From positions 2,480,001 through 2,544,000 of the forward strand of contig OZ251230.1 of the NCBI GenBank assembly GCA_965240325.2: DNA of 64,000 nt, written 5' to 3'. The position numbers and the translations under genes are program-made. This document shows, piece after piece, positions 1 to 12,000 of the stretch. Each line of letters begins with the position of its first letter. The first letter of the stretch is position 1. The notes under the pieces are model-generated. The model was not told the origin of the DNA. It worked only from the letters and a program-made list of their open reading frames with translations, and made no database searches. The DNA comes from Rebecca billardiae RCC1528 (taxonomy: Eukaryota > Protista > Haptophyta).

Positions 1-3000
1 GGCGCAGTGTCGGAGCCACCCGGCCGCGCCCGGCAGCCGGCGCAGCTGCGGCCGTGGCGGGCACGCTGTGGCCGGAGCGCTCGGCGGCGAGCTCTGCAGT
101 TGAGCGCAGCGCGGCGCCGCTCGGCTGGTGTGGGCGCGAGCGCTCGGGGCGGGGCGCGCCGGCGGCGGCGAGGGCGGCGAGGGTGCTGCACGCTGGGGCG
201 GCGGCGCCGCCCGCGCCGCCGCCCTGCGCGCGCGGGCTCGGAGGCGCGGCGATGCGCGCGCGGCAGCCCTCGCCCTGCGCGCAGCTGCCGTGGCCGTCGC
301 CGCCCGGTGCCGATGTGGCGGCGGCGTCGGCGCGATCAGCCTTTGGAGCTCCGCCGGGTGCACGCCGCGGTTGCCCCCGCCGCGGCCTCGCGCGCCCGAC
401 CGAGCTCTCCAGCCGCAGCGCGAAGCTGTTGGTGGGCGCGATGGCGCGCGCCGCGCCGCGCGCCGCGGCGGCCGACTCGCGCCGGAGCGACTTCAGGTCC
501 GCTTCGAGCAGCTTGACGACCATGTCTCTTAACGCGTGGTACAGCCGCACGGTGGGCGGCGGCGGCTGCTGCGCGCGCGAGAGCGCCTCGCGCAGCAGCC
601 GCGCGCCCAGGAGCACCAGCGCGCCCGCCAGCGCGATCACGCCCACCGCCGCCGGGAGCGGAAGGCCAGTCGGCGTGTGAGCTCCGTCGGCGCGCGCCGC
701 GGCGCCGTGCCCGGCCTCTCCGCCCGACGGCGCCGCGCTGAAGAGTCCGACGGCGACGGCGAGCTGAACGAAGAGCGTCGAGCACAAGCTCTGCGCCAGC
801 AGCGCGCGCTGCCCCGCCTGCTCCGCCGCCATCAGCACCGCCGCCAGCACCGAGTGCTCGTCGGCCAGCAGCCACAGCAGGCTGGCGCACACTTCCGCAG
901 CACTGCTCCGCGGCGGCCGGCGCGGCACCTCGAAGGCGGCGCGCTCGGGCAAGCGCGGGCGCTCGTTCGGGGCGGCGAAGCGCACCACGCCGCTTGTTGC
1001 GAGGGCCCCGCTGTCGCCCGGTGTCGACGGCGGTCGCCGCACCTTGGCCGTGGGCTCGACGCGCAGCGCGGGCCCAGGGGCCGCGAAGCCGGCGCGGCGC
1101 GCGTCCGCCCCCGCCACCTCCGCCTCCGCCTCCGCCGCCGCCGCCGCCGCCGCCGCCGTCGCCGGTTCAATCCTCGGCTGCACCTCCGTGCCCTCCTCCT
1201 CCTCCTCCTCCTCCTCGCTCGTGTCTCCGCACTCGTCGTCCAGGCTCGGGCTTGCGCGGGGCGAGAGCGGCCCACCGACCCTCCGCTCGCGCACGGGCGT
1301 GCCAACGGCCGTCAAGTCGTCGTCGTCACACCTGCCGCCGTCCGGAGCGGTCAGGCTTGGGCACCCGCGGGGAGAGTAGAGAGAGGCGGTGGCATCGGCG
1401 CGGGCGCGCGCCTGCGTGCTGACGGTGAGCGCGCACTCGGGCGAGGGGGCAGCGGCGGGCGTGTCGCGCGAGGGCTCGATCCGCGCCGCCATCTCGTCCG
1501 CCGACCCCTCGCTCCGCGCCTCCTCCTCCTCCTCCTCCACTGCAGACGCGTGTAGGCTGGCGAGCTCGGCCGCGCGTGCGCCGAGCGCGGCTGCCGCGAC
1601 GGCGGCTGCGTGCTCTGAGCAGGGCGCGGCTTCGTCGGCTCGCGGGGCGGCGGCGTGGGGCGTGGCCATGGTGCCCACGACCGAGTGCAGCCTGGTGAGC
1701 ACGAACGAGCGCCGCGCCTCCGACTTGCGCACGAGCGTGCTCGAGTGCCGGCCGAGCAGGCGGCTGCTCCGGTCGTCAGGCGACGCGGACGCGCCCGCGC
1801 TCGCGCGCTCGGACTCGTACCAGCGGCGGTGCTTCCAGAGCGCGCGGCGGTCGTAGATCGCGGCGAGGAGGAGGAGGCAGCCGTTGAGCGCGACGAGGAG
1901 GTACACGGTCCGCGGCACGGTGCGCGCGGCGAGCGAGACCACCGCCGCAAACGCCACCTGCGCGAGGCTCTGGCTCGAGGACGCTGCCGCCGGCAGGAGG
2001 AGTGGCGTGGCGGCTGCCGCGTCGTCGTCTCGCTCGTCCGCGCCCGAGCCGGTGTCGACGTCGGGCGGGGGCATGACGCCGGCAAAGTCGGTGAGGTGGT
2101 CGCACGCGCAGAAGAGGAGCGGAAGACTCGCCAGGCCGCTCTGCGCCTCGCCCGCCTCGACGCCATCCTCGGGCGGCGGCGCGAGCGCGCACCCGTCGGC
2201 GCTCCAGCCGCCGCGCGCCGTTTCCCAGAAACGGCATTGCGCCGCCGCGAGCACGTCCGGCATGCCCACGCCGGCGCGCGGTGGCACGGCGATGAGCAGC
2301 GGCTCGGGCAGGCCCGAGACGTCGATCTCGCCGCCACCCGCCGCGCGCAGCGTCACGGAGAACACGTGCGTCAGCACCTCCGCCCCGCCCTCCACCGCGC
2401 CGTCCGCGCCGAGCGCGAGCGCTCCGTCGACGGACGCGCCAGACTTGAGGTCTCGCGCGACCGAGGTGAGCACGACGTCGACGCCGGCGGCGAGCGAGAG
2501 GTTGCGCAGGAAGGAGAGGGCCTCCGGGCGGACGAGCAGCCCCCCGTGCGCGTCCAGCGCCGGGATCCACCGCCCCGCCACCAGCGCGTCCGCGGTGGTG
2601 CGCACGGCCGTCACGTTGAGCGACACGCCTGGGTACTGTGTGGCCAGCTCGCCGGGCGCCGCGCCGGCCAGCGCGGCGGCACCCAGGCCGTCGAGCGCGG
2701 CGGTGGCGGCGTCGGCGAGGGCGTCGTCCTCGCGCGGGGAGAGGTCGATGCGCGCGCTCAGCACCGCGTCGACCGCGCCCGCCAGCGCTGCGCTCGCGCC
2801 CAGCGCCGCGCCCACCTCCGCCACGCCGCGCGCGAGCTCCGCGGCGTGCGCGAGCGCGGCCGCGGCGTCGCCGCCGTCGAGCGAGATTGGCGCGTCGAGC
2901 ACGGCGGCGAGCGACGCGACCGCCTGCGCGAGGCCGGACGGCTCGCGCGTCGTGATCGCGCCCGCTGCGATGGTGAGCTCGAGCAGCTCGTCGCGCGCCT

Positions 3001-3042
3001 GCCGCAGCTCCTCGCGGCTCAAGCTCCCCTCGATCGCAAGGC

Positions 3043-3076
<34 letters not shown>

Positions 3077-6000
3077 GAGCGGCGGCAGCGGCGGCAGAGC
3101 CGGCAGCGCCGGCCCCGATGTGTTCTGAGCAGGCGACGAGGCATTCGGCACGCCGCCGAGCTGGGCGGCATCGGCGTCGGGCTCGGCTTCGAGGCCGCCG
3201 CCGCGCCGGCTGCCGCCGCCAAACACGTCGCTCACCAGCCGCGCGAGCGCGTCGAGCAGCTGGTACGTCGCTGGCATGTCGGCGCGGGCGAGCGCGGCGC
3301 GCGCTTGCTCCAGCAACGAAGCGAGTGCCACCGGCGCCTCCTGCGTCCCGCCGAGCAGCAGAGGCGGCAGGACCGCGACGAGCGCGGACGCGCTCGCTGT
3401 CGCCGCCCACGCGTCGTGCACGCTCACGCGCACCGTGCTGTTCCCCGCGGGCAGCACCACGTCGAAGAGGAGCGGCGAGAGGCCGAGGGTGCGAAGGAGG
3501 CTCGGCGGTTGGGAGAGTGCTGCTACTCCAACCGCCGCAGCTCCCGTGCCGCCGCCGTCCGCGTGGTCGTTGGGGGTCGTCCGCTCGAAGGCGTAGCGCA
3601 GCGGCAGGTCGTCCGCGTCGTCGACCCAGCCGCTCGCGGACACGGCAAAGCGCGTGAGCAGCGCAACGCCCCTCGCGGGCTCGATCCCCACGCCGCCACC
3701 AAAGGGCGGGCGGTTCATGAGCACGCGGACGGAGGTGACCGCGGGCCGGTCGGCGCCCGAGACGGTGAGCTCGAACGCGTACTGGGCGCCGGGGGCGAGC
3801 GCGCCGCTGCGGAAGGCGAGGGTGGGGCCGGCCGCGCCCGTCGTCGTCACCGCCGCCGTGTCCGACAGATCGACCCCCGCGTCGCTCAGCGCGCCGCCCG
3901 CTCCCACGAGCAGCGCGCGCCACGCGTACTCGAAGCGCAGCACGCCGCGCGCCTGCAGCCGCGCCGACGCCTCGTCCAGCGCCGTCGAGACCACCAGCCT
4001 GTGCTCGGGCAGCTCGAAGGTGGGGCTGTACTTGGGGCGGCGCAGCGGCGCGAACGCGATGGCAGGCACCACGCCGGCGATGACGCGCACGCGCACCGAC
4101 GCCGCGGCGGACTCGGCGAAGCCGGCGCTCGACACGCGCACCTGCACTTCGTACTCGCCGAGCGGAAGCGAAAGTGGCGGCAGGGCGAGCGAGGGAAGAG
4201 CGGGCGTCGCGCCCGCCGCCGTCAGGTTGAGCGGCGCGCTGAGGGCGCTGCCCGAGTCCACGCCGCCGTCCGCGTCGGGCTCGAGCACGCGCGCGACGCT
4301 CCACTCGAACGCCAGCCCGTCGGAGCCGTCCGCCCGGTTCGGATCGGTCGAGGCCGAGGCGTCCACTGCGAATCTGTCTGCCGCGCCGACGATGCGGTCA
4401 CCGCCCGCGATGGTGGCGCGCAGGGGCAGCGTGCGCACCTCCACGCGCACGCTCGCGCTGCCAAAGGCTTGGGCCGCGCCCGCGCCCGCGCCGGGGTCGG
4501 TCGCCGTCATCTCGAGCTCGTACGTGTGCCCGGCGCTCAGCGAGAAGGGCGGCAGCACGAGCGAGCGCGCGGTCTCGTCGCTCAGCGCCGGGAGTCGGGC
4601 GCCGCCCGCCGGCGCGCCGGCGCCCGCCGTGGCCAGCACCGACGCGACGCGCCACGCAAAGGCCAGGGCGCCTTCCGCGGCGTGCTCGCCGGCGCTGCAG
4701 CCGGGCGGCTGTCGGATGCTCGCTTCGAGCACGAGCGGCTCGGTCGCCCACGTCGGCACCAGCGGCGGGCCAGCGATCGCAGCAAGCAGCGCGCGCGCGG
4801 ACGCGCGCTGCGCGCGGTGCCGCGCCGTCGCAGACGTGAGGCCGAGAAAGTTGGAGACGCGCAGCACAAAGCCCCACACGCGGCCGGCACTCGGCATGCG
4901 CACGGCCGCGACCATCGCGCCCGGCGGCAGCGCGCGCAGCTGCGCCTCCACCGCCGCCACCTCCGCCTCGGGCGCGCTCGTCACCGCCCGGTCGAGCGCC
5001 CACTCGAAGCTGAGCGGCTTCACGCCGCCGCCCGACGAGCTCGAGCCTTCGAGCCGCACTGTCTCGTTGGCGCACGCCGAGAGCGTCGCGGGCGCGCTGA
5101 GCACGGCGAGCGGCGTGGGGCACGGCGTGTCGCCGCACGGCGCGTCCACGTCGATGGCCGCCTGCAGGCCCGTGCCCACGTGCTCCGCCGCGCATGAGGG
5201 CGAGCATGCGCTGGGCATGAGCACGCCATCGCGCACGCGCACGCGCGCGCCGGGCGCGACGGCCGTGTCCGCGCTCAGCCTCACGACCAGCTCGGTGTCG
5301 GTCGCCCAGTAGCAGGAGGGCGGGGCGGCGGTCGTCGAGAGCGGCGGCGCGCCGGTGACGAGGGCGAGCGTCTCGTCGTCCAGCACGGCGGTGCACGGCT
5401 GCACGCCCGCCGCCATGCGCGCGCGGTCGGTCGGCTGCGTGTCAAACTCGAGGCGCAGCGCCGTCGCGCTGCCGTCAAACGCGGCGCGCACGAGGATCGG
5501 CGCGTGCAGCCCGATCTTGTTGAAGTACACGCCGCCCCCGGCGGCGGGCAGCGCGTGCTCGGGCGTGAACTGCTGCCCGTTCAGCGCCACGCGCACCTGC
5601 GACGCACCATCGGGCACGGCCACTGGCGTCTGCACGAGCAGCGCCCCGTCGCTGACCACGTCGGGCGGGACTGCCATCGGTCCAATCGACACGCGCAGCA
5701 GCGACAGCAGACCGGCTGGCCCCGCGCCGCCGAGTGCGCCAAACCCCGCGCCGCCGACGATGACAGCCACGCCCGCCAAGCCCGAGTTGGGCGAGCAGCT
5801 GTACACCGACGGCTCGGCGTAGAGATGGAAGACCGACCTCGACGCAGAGGTGCTACCGGCCCTCGCCCCGCCGACCGACAGCTCGAGAGCCACCGCGCGC
5901 GGCTCCTCGGCGGCGGGCGCGGCGGCGGGCAGCGTGCAGCGCGCGCGGCTTGTGCCGCCGATGGCCGGGAGCAGAGTGGCGGCGGCCGCGCACGCGAGGG

Positions 6001-9000
6001 GGTCGAGAGCGGGCAGCACGCAGCAGAGCTGGCCGTCGCCGTAGTCGGCGAAGCCCGCGCCGCTGAGCGTGACCACCGTCCCGCCGCGCACCGGGCCCGC
6101 AGGCGGGTCCAGCCCCTCCACCCGCACGCTGCCTGGGTCGTACAGCTCGACGCTCGGCGCGTCGAAGAGCGGGGGCACCGCGTACGCGCCGCCGTCGAGC
6201 GTGAGCCGCACCTCGTACGCGCCCGCGGCCAGCCCGATGCCGGTCGGCAGCGCGCACGCCGCCTCGCGCGCGGAGAGCACGGTCGCGGGCGTACTCGCGA
6301 GCGAGACAAACGCGCCGCCGGCACCGACGGGCTGCCCGAACGCGCAGCTGTCGCCACCGCCAGGCGTCGGCACAAAGGCAGCGCCCCGCAGCGTGAGGAG
6401 TGCGCCCGCGGCTCCGAGCGGCGCGCCGCGCGGCGTCACAGACTCGACAGTGGCGCGCAGCACTGGCGGCGGCGGGGGCATCGGCGGCGGTGACGGCGGT
6501 GGCGATGGTGTCGGCAAAGGCGGTGGGCTCGGCGGCGGAGACCAGGGCCGTGGGCTGGGCGTTGCGGACGATGGTGGTGGCGATGGCGGCGGGCTGGGCG
6601 GTGGGGTCGGCGGTGACGGCATTGGCGGTGGCGACGGCGGTGGCGATGGTGGCTGTGGGCTTGGTGGGATGGATGGCGGCGACGGGCTCGGCGGTGCGCT
6701 CGGAGGCGGGCTGGGTGGCGGCGGGCTTGGAGGAGGCGACGGCGCCGGGCCGGGCGGAGGGCTCGGTGGTGAGCGTGGGGCCGAGGTGGGTGGCGGCGAG
6801 GGCGGCGGCGAGGGCGGCGAGGGTGGCGGCAGAGGCTCAGTGCGAGGCGGTGGCGGTGGCGTCGGAGGCGGGCTGGGTGGCGGGCTGGGAGGTGGGCTCA
6901 GTGGTGGGTTCAGTGGTGGCGATGGCGGTGGCGACAGTGGTGGCGATGGCGGTGGCGACAGTGGTGGCGATGGCGGTGGCGACAGTGGTGGCGATGGCGG
7001 CGGCGACAGTGGTGGCGATGGCGGCGGCGATGGCGGCGGTGGGCGTGGCCGCGGCGACAGCGGTGGGCTCGATGGAGGGCTTGGTGGTGGACTCGGTGGC
7101 GGCGGGCTGGGTGGTGGCGACGGTGGCGGGCTTGGCGGCGACGACGGCGATGGCGACGGTGGCGGGCTCGGCGGCGGGCTCGGTGGGGGCGCAGGCGGCG
7201 GGCTCGGCGGCGGTGCTGGTGGCGGTGGGCTCGGCGGTGGGCTTGGGGGAGGCGATGGCGGTGGGCTGGGCGGCGGGCTCGGTGGCGGCGGGCTGGGAGG
7301 CGGGCTCGGAGGCGGACTTGGGGGCGGCACAGGTGGTGGCGAAGGTGGCGGCGACGGCGGCGGGCTTGGCGGCGGCGACGGCGGTGGCGACGGTGACGGC
7401 AAAGGCGGCGATGACGGAGGTGGCGACGGTGGCGGCATTGGCGGTGGCGACAGCGGGGGCGGGCTGGGCGGCGGAGACGGCGGTGGGCTCGGCGGAGGTG
7501 ACGGCGGTGAACTCGGCGTCGGCGGGACTGCGGGAGGCGATGGCGACGGGCTAGGCGGTGCGCTCGGAGGCGGGCTGGGTGGCGGCGGGCTTGGAGGAGG
7601 CGACGGCGCCGGGCCGGGCGGAGGGCTCGGTGGTGAGCGTGGGGCCGAGGTGGGTGGCGGCGAGGGCGGCGGCGAGGGCGGCGAGGGTGGCGGCAGAGGC
7701 TCAGTGCGAGGCGGTGGCGGTGGCGTCGGAGGCGGGCTCGGCTGCGGAGAAGGCGGCGGACTGGGCGGCAAGCTTGGCGGCGGTGATGGAGGCGGCGATG
7801 GTGGTGGGTTTGGTGGTGCGATCGGCGGCGGCGATGGTGGCGGTGGCGGTGGTGGGCTTCGTGACAGTGAGGGCGGAGAGCCGGGTGGCGGACTCGGCGG
7901 CAGGCTCGGTGGAGATAACGGTGGCGGCGGGCTCGGCGGTGCAGACGGCGGTGGGCTCAGTGGTGACCTCAGCGGTGAGGTTGGTGGCCCAACAGGTGGC
8001 GAGCTGGGCGGTGGCGACGGCGGTGGGGTTGGTGGCGACGATGGTGGTGACAACGGAGGTGGCGACGGCGTTGGTGATGGTGGCGGCGATGGAGGCGATG
8101 ATAATGGCGGTGGGCTCGGCAGCGGCGAGGGTGGCACGCTCGGCGTCGGCGACGAAAGTGGGGTTGGCGGCGGCGGAGGCGACGGCGGCGGGCTGGGCGG
8201 AGGCGACGGCGGTGGGCTCGGCGGTGGCGAAGGTGGTGACGATGGCAGGGGCGACGGCGGAGGGCTCGGCGGGGGCGAGGGCGGTGGTGATGGCGGTGGT
8301 GCGGGCGGTGGGCTGGGCGGTGGGCTGGGCGGTGGGCCGGGTGGTGGCGATGGTGGCGGGCTCGGTGCCGGGCTCGGTGGTAGGCTTGGTAGCGGCGAAG
8401 GTGGTGGGCTTGGCGGTGGTCGCGGAGGCGGGCTGGGCGGCGGGCTGGGCGACAGGCCGGGTGGCGGCGAAGGTGGCGGCGAGGGCAGCGGACTGTGCGG
8501 CGGGCTTGGTGGTGGACTCGGTGGTGGGTGTGGCGGCGGCGACGGCGGTGAGTGTGGCGGCGGCGACGGCGACAGGCTGGGTGGTGGGCTGGGTGGCCGC
8601 GACGGCGGTGGACTCGGCGGTGGCGATGGCTGCGGAGGCGATGGCGGCGGACTCAGGGGCGGCAAGGGCGGCGGGCTCGGCGGTGGCGATGGCGGCGGGC
8701 TCGACGGTGGGCTGGGGGGCGGCGACGGCGGAGGCGACGGTGGCGGGGGTGACGGTGGCGGTGACGGCGGTGCCGATCGCGGCGGGCCTGTCGGCGGCGA
8801 GGGCGGTGGGCTGGGTGGCGGCGATGGCGGTGGACTCGGTGGCGGTGACGGCGGCATGCTTGGCGGCGGTGATGGCAGCGGTGATGGCGGCGGGCTCGGC
8901 GGCGGTGACGGCGGTGGCGAGGGCGGCAGGCTCGGCGGCGGTGAGGGCGGAGGGCTGGGTGGCGTCGACGGCGGTGGACTCGGCGGCGGCAACGGCGGCT

Positions 9001-12000
9001 TGCTTGGCGGCGGTGATGGCGGTGGGCTTGGCGGCGGTGACGGCGGCGGTGACGGTGGTGGCGACGGCGGAGGCGACGGCGGTGGAGGCGATGGCGGCGG
9101 GCTCGGCGGCGAGCTCGGCGGCGGCGAGGGTTCAGGGCTCGGAGGCGGTGCTGGCGGCGGGCTCGGCGGGGGCGATGGTGGTGGGCTCGGCGGCGAGCTC
9201 GGCGGTGGGCTGGGAGGTGGGCTCGGTGGTGGCGACGGCGGAGGGCTTGGCGGGTGGCTGGGGGGCGGGCTGGGTGTTGGTGACGGTGGTGGAGACGGTG
9301 GCGGAGGTGAAGGCGGCGGGCTCGGCGGTGGTGATGGCGGTGGCGACGGCGGCGGTGACGGCGGCGGGCCCGGCGGCGGCGAGGGCGGAGGGCTCGGGGG
9401 CTGAGAGGGGGGCGGGCTCGGCGGGGGCGATGACGGTGGGCTCGTCGGCGGGCTCGGCGGAGGGCTCGGTGGTGGCGATGGCGGCGGCGGCGGCGGCGGG
9501 CTCAGCCGCGGGCTCGGTGGCGGACTCGGTGGCGGCGACGGTGGCGGGATTGGTGGTGGGCTCGGCGGCGGGCTCGGCGGAGGACATGGCGGCGGCGGCA
9601 ATGGCGGGGGCGAAGGCGGCGGGCTGGGCGGCGGTGAAGGCGGCGGCAGAGGCGAAGGGCTCGGCGGCGGGCTCGGCGGCGGGCTCGGCGGCGGGCTCGG
9701 TGGTGGCGTCGGCGGCGGGCTTGGCGGCGGACTCGGCGGCGGCGAGGGCGGCGGGCTCCGCGGCGGGCTCGGCGGCGGCGACGGCGGCGGGCTTGGCGGC
9801 GGCGACGGCGGCGGGGACGGCGGCGGGCTCGGCGGCGGGCTCGGCGGCGGGCTCGGCGGCGGCGACGGCGGCAGCAAGGGCGGAGGGCTTGGCGGCGGAA
9901 CCGGTGGTGGCGGCGAGGGCGGCGGTGAGGGCGGCAAACTCGGCGGCGGCGAGGGCGGAGGCGCGGGCGGCGGGCTTGGTGGTGGACTGGATGGCGGGCT
10001 TGGCGGGGGCGACGGTGGCGGGCTGGGCGGCGGGGATGGCGGCGGGGATGGTGGCGGCGGCGATGGTGGCGGCGAGGGCGGCGGCGTGGGCGGCGGGCTC
10101 GGCGGCGGCGAGGGCGGCGGTGCCGGCGGCGGGCTCGGCGGCGGGCGCGGCGGGGGCGACGGCGGAGGCGACGGCGGCGGGCTGGGCGGCGGGCTTGGCG
10201 GTGGCAATGGCGGTGGCGGCGACGGCGGCGGCGACGGCGGGGGCAACGGCGGCGGGCTTGGTGGCGGACTGGGCGGCGGCGGGGAGGGCGGTGGCGAGGG
10301 AGGCGGGCTGGGCGGTGGCGACGGCGGTGGGCTCGGCGGTGGGCTCGGCGGCGGAGAGGGCGGCGGGCTGGGCGGCGGGCTTGGCGGCGGAGATGGTGGC
10401 GGTGACGGCGGCGGTGACGGCGGTGGGCTCGGGGGCGGGCTCGGCGGCGGCGAGGGCGGGGGGTTGGGCGGTGGGCTGGGCGGAGGCGGCGACGGCGGCG
10501 GGCTGGGCGGCGGGCTGGGCGGCGGGCTCGGCGGCGGGCTCGGCGGCGGGCTCGACGGCGGGCTCGGTGGTGGGCTGGGCGGGGGCGGCGACGGCGGAGG
10601 TGACGGCGGCGGGCTCGGGGGCGGGCTCGGCGGCGGCGACGGCGGTACACTGGGCGGTGGGCTGGGCGGCGGAGACGGTGGAGGGCTCGGCGGCGGGCTG
10701 GGCGGCGGGCTGGGCGGAGGGCTCGGCGGCGGCGGAGATGGCGGTGGCGACGGTCGCGGTGATGGCGGCGGCGATGGCGGCGGCGCGGGCGGCGGGCTCG
10801 GCGGCGGGCTCGGCGGTGGGCTCGGCGGCGGAGAGGGCGGCGGTGACGGCGGTGGCGACGGCGGCGGGCTCGGGGGTGGGCTCGGCGGCGGCGATGGCGG
10901 AGGGCTGGGCGGTGGGCTCGGGGGCGGTGAGGGCGGCGGGCTGGGCGGCGGGCCGGGCGGCAGGCTCGGCGGAGGCAGCGGCGGTGGGCTCGGCGGCGAG
11001 CTGGGCGGGGGCGAAGGTGGCGGCGACGGTGGGAGCGAGGGCGGCGGGCTCGGCGGTGGCGCAGGTGGCGGCGATGGCGGCGGAGATGGCGGCGGGCTCG
11101 GCGGCGGGCTCGGCGGCGGGCTCGGTGGCGGCGACGGCGGCGGCGCTGGCGGCGGGCTGGGCGGCGGAGAGGGCGGTGGCGATGGCGGCGGCGCTGGTGG
11201 CGGAGACGGCGGCGGAGACGGCGGAGGCGAAGGCGGCGGCGACGGCGGTGGACTGGGCGGTGGGCTGCGCGGCGGGCTGGGCGGCGGCGGTGATGGAGGC
11301 GGGCTGGGTGGAGGGCTGGGCGGCGGGCTCGGCGGCGGGCTCGGCGGCGGCGGAGATGGCGGTGGCGACGGTGGCGGTGATGGTGGCGGTGATGGCGGCG
11401 GCGCGGGCGGCGGGCTCGGCGGTGGGCTCGGCGGTGGGCTCGGCGGCGGAGATGGCGGCGGTGACGGCGGTGGCGACGGCGGCGGGCTCGGGGGTGGGCT
11501 CGGCGGCGGCGATGGCGGAGGGCCGGGCGGTGGGCTGGGGGGAGGCGGCGACGGCGGCGGGCTGGGCGGCGGGCTGGGCGGCGGGCTGGGTGGTGGCGAT
11601 GGCGGAGGGCTGGGCGGCGGGCTCGGCGGTAGCGACGGTGGCAGCGAAGGGGGCGGGAATGGCGGCGGGCTCGGAGGTGGGCTCGGAGGCGGGCTCGGCG
11701 GCGGGCTCGGCGGCGGGCTCGGTGGAGGGCTCGGCGGTGGCGGAGATGGCGGTGGCGACGGTGGCGGGCTCGGAGGCGGCGATGGCGGCGGCGCCGGTGG
11801 CGGGGATGGCGGCGGGGACGGCGGCGGCATCGGCGGGGGGCTCGGCGGAGGCGATGGCGGCAGCGAAGGCGGTGGGCTCGGCGGCGGGCTCGGTGCCGGC
11901 GATGGTGGAGGGCTGGGCGGCGGGCTGGGTGTCGGCGGCGAGGGCGGCGGGCTTGGTGGCGGGCTGGGCGGTGGGCTGGGCGGTGGTGAAGGCGGAGGAC

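Noticed and set aside
7-6493. Arg/Ala-rich ORFs on both strands (e.g. 1655-5197 +, 1776-4304 -)
   Set aside because: Off-frame or antisense products of high GC content. The true frame (IPT/REJ/GPS) is missing from the track because it has no stop inside the window.
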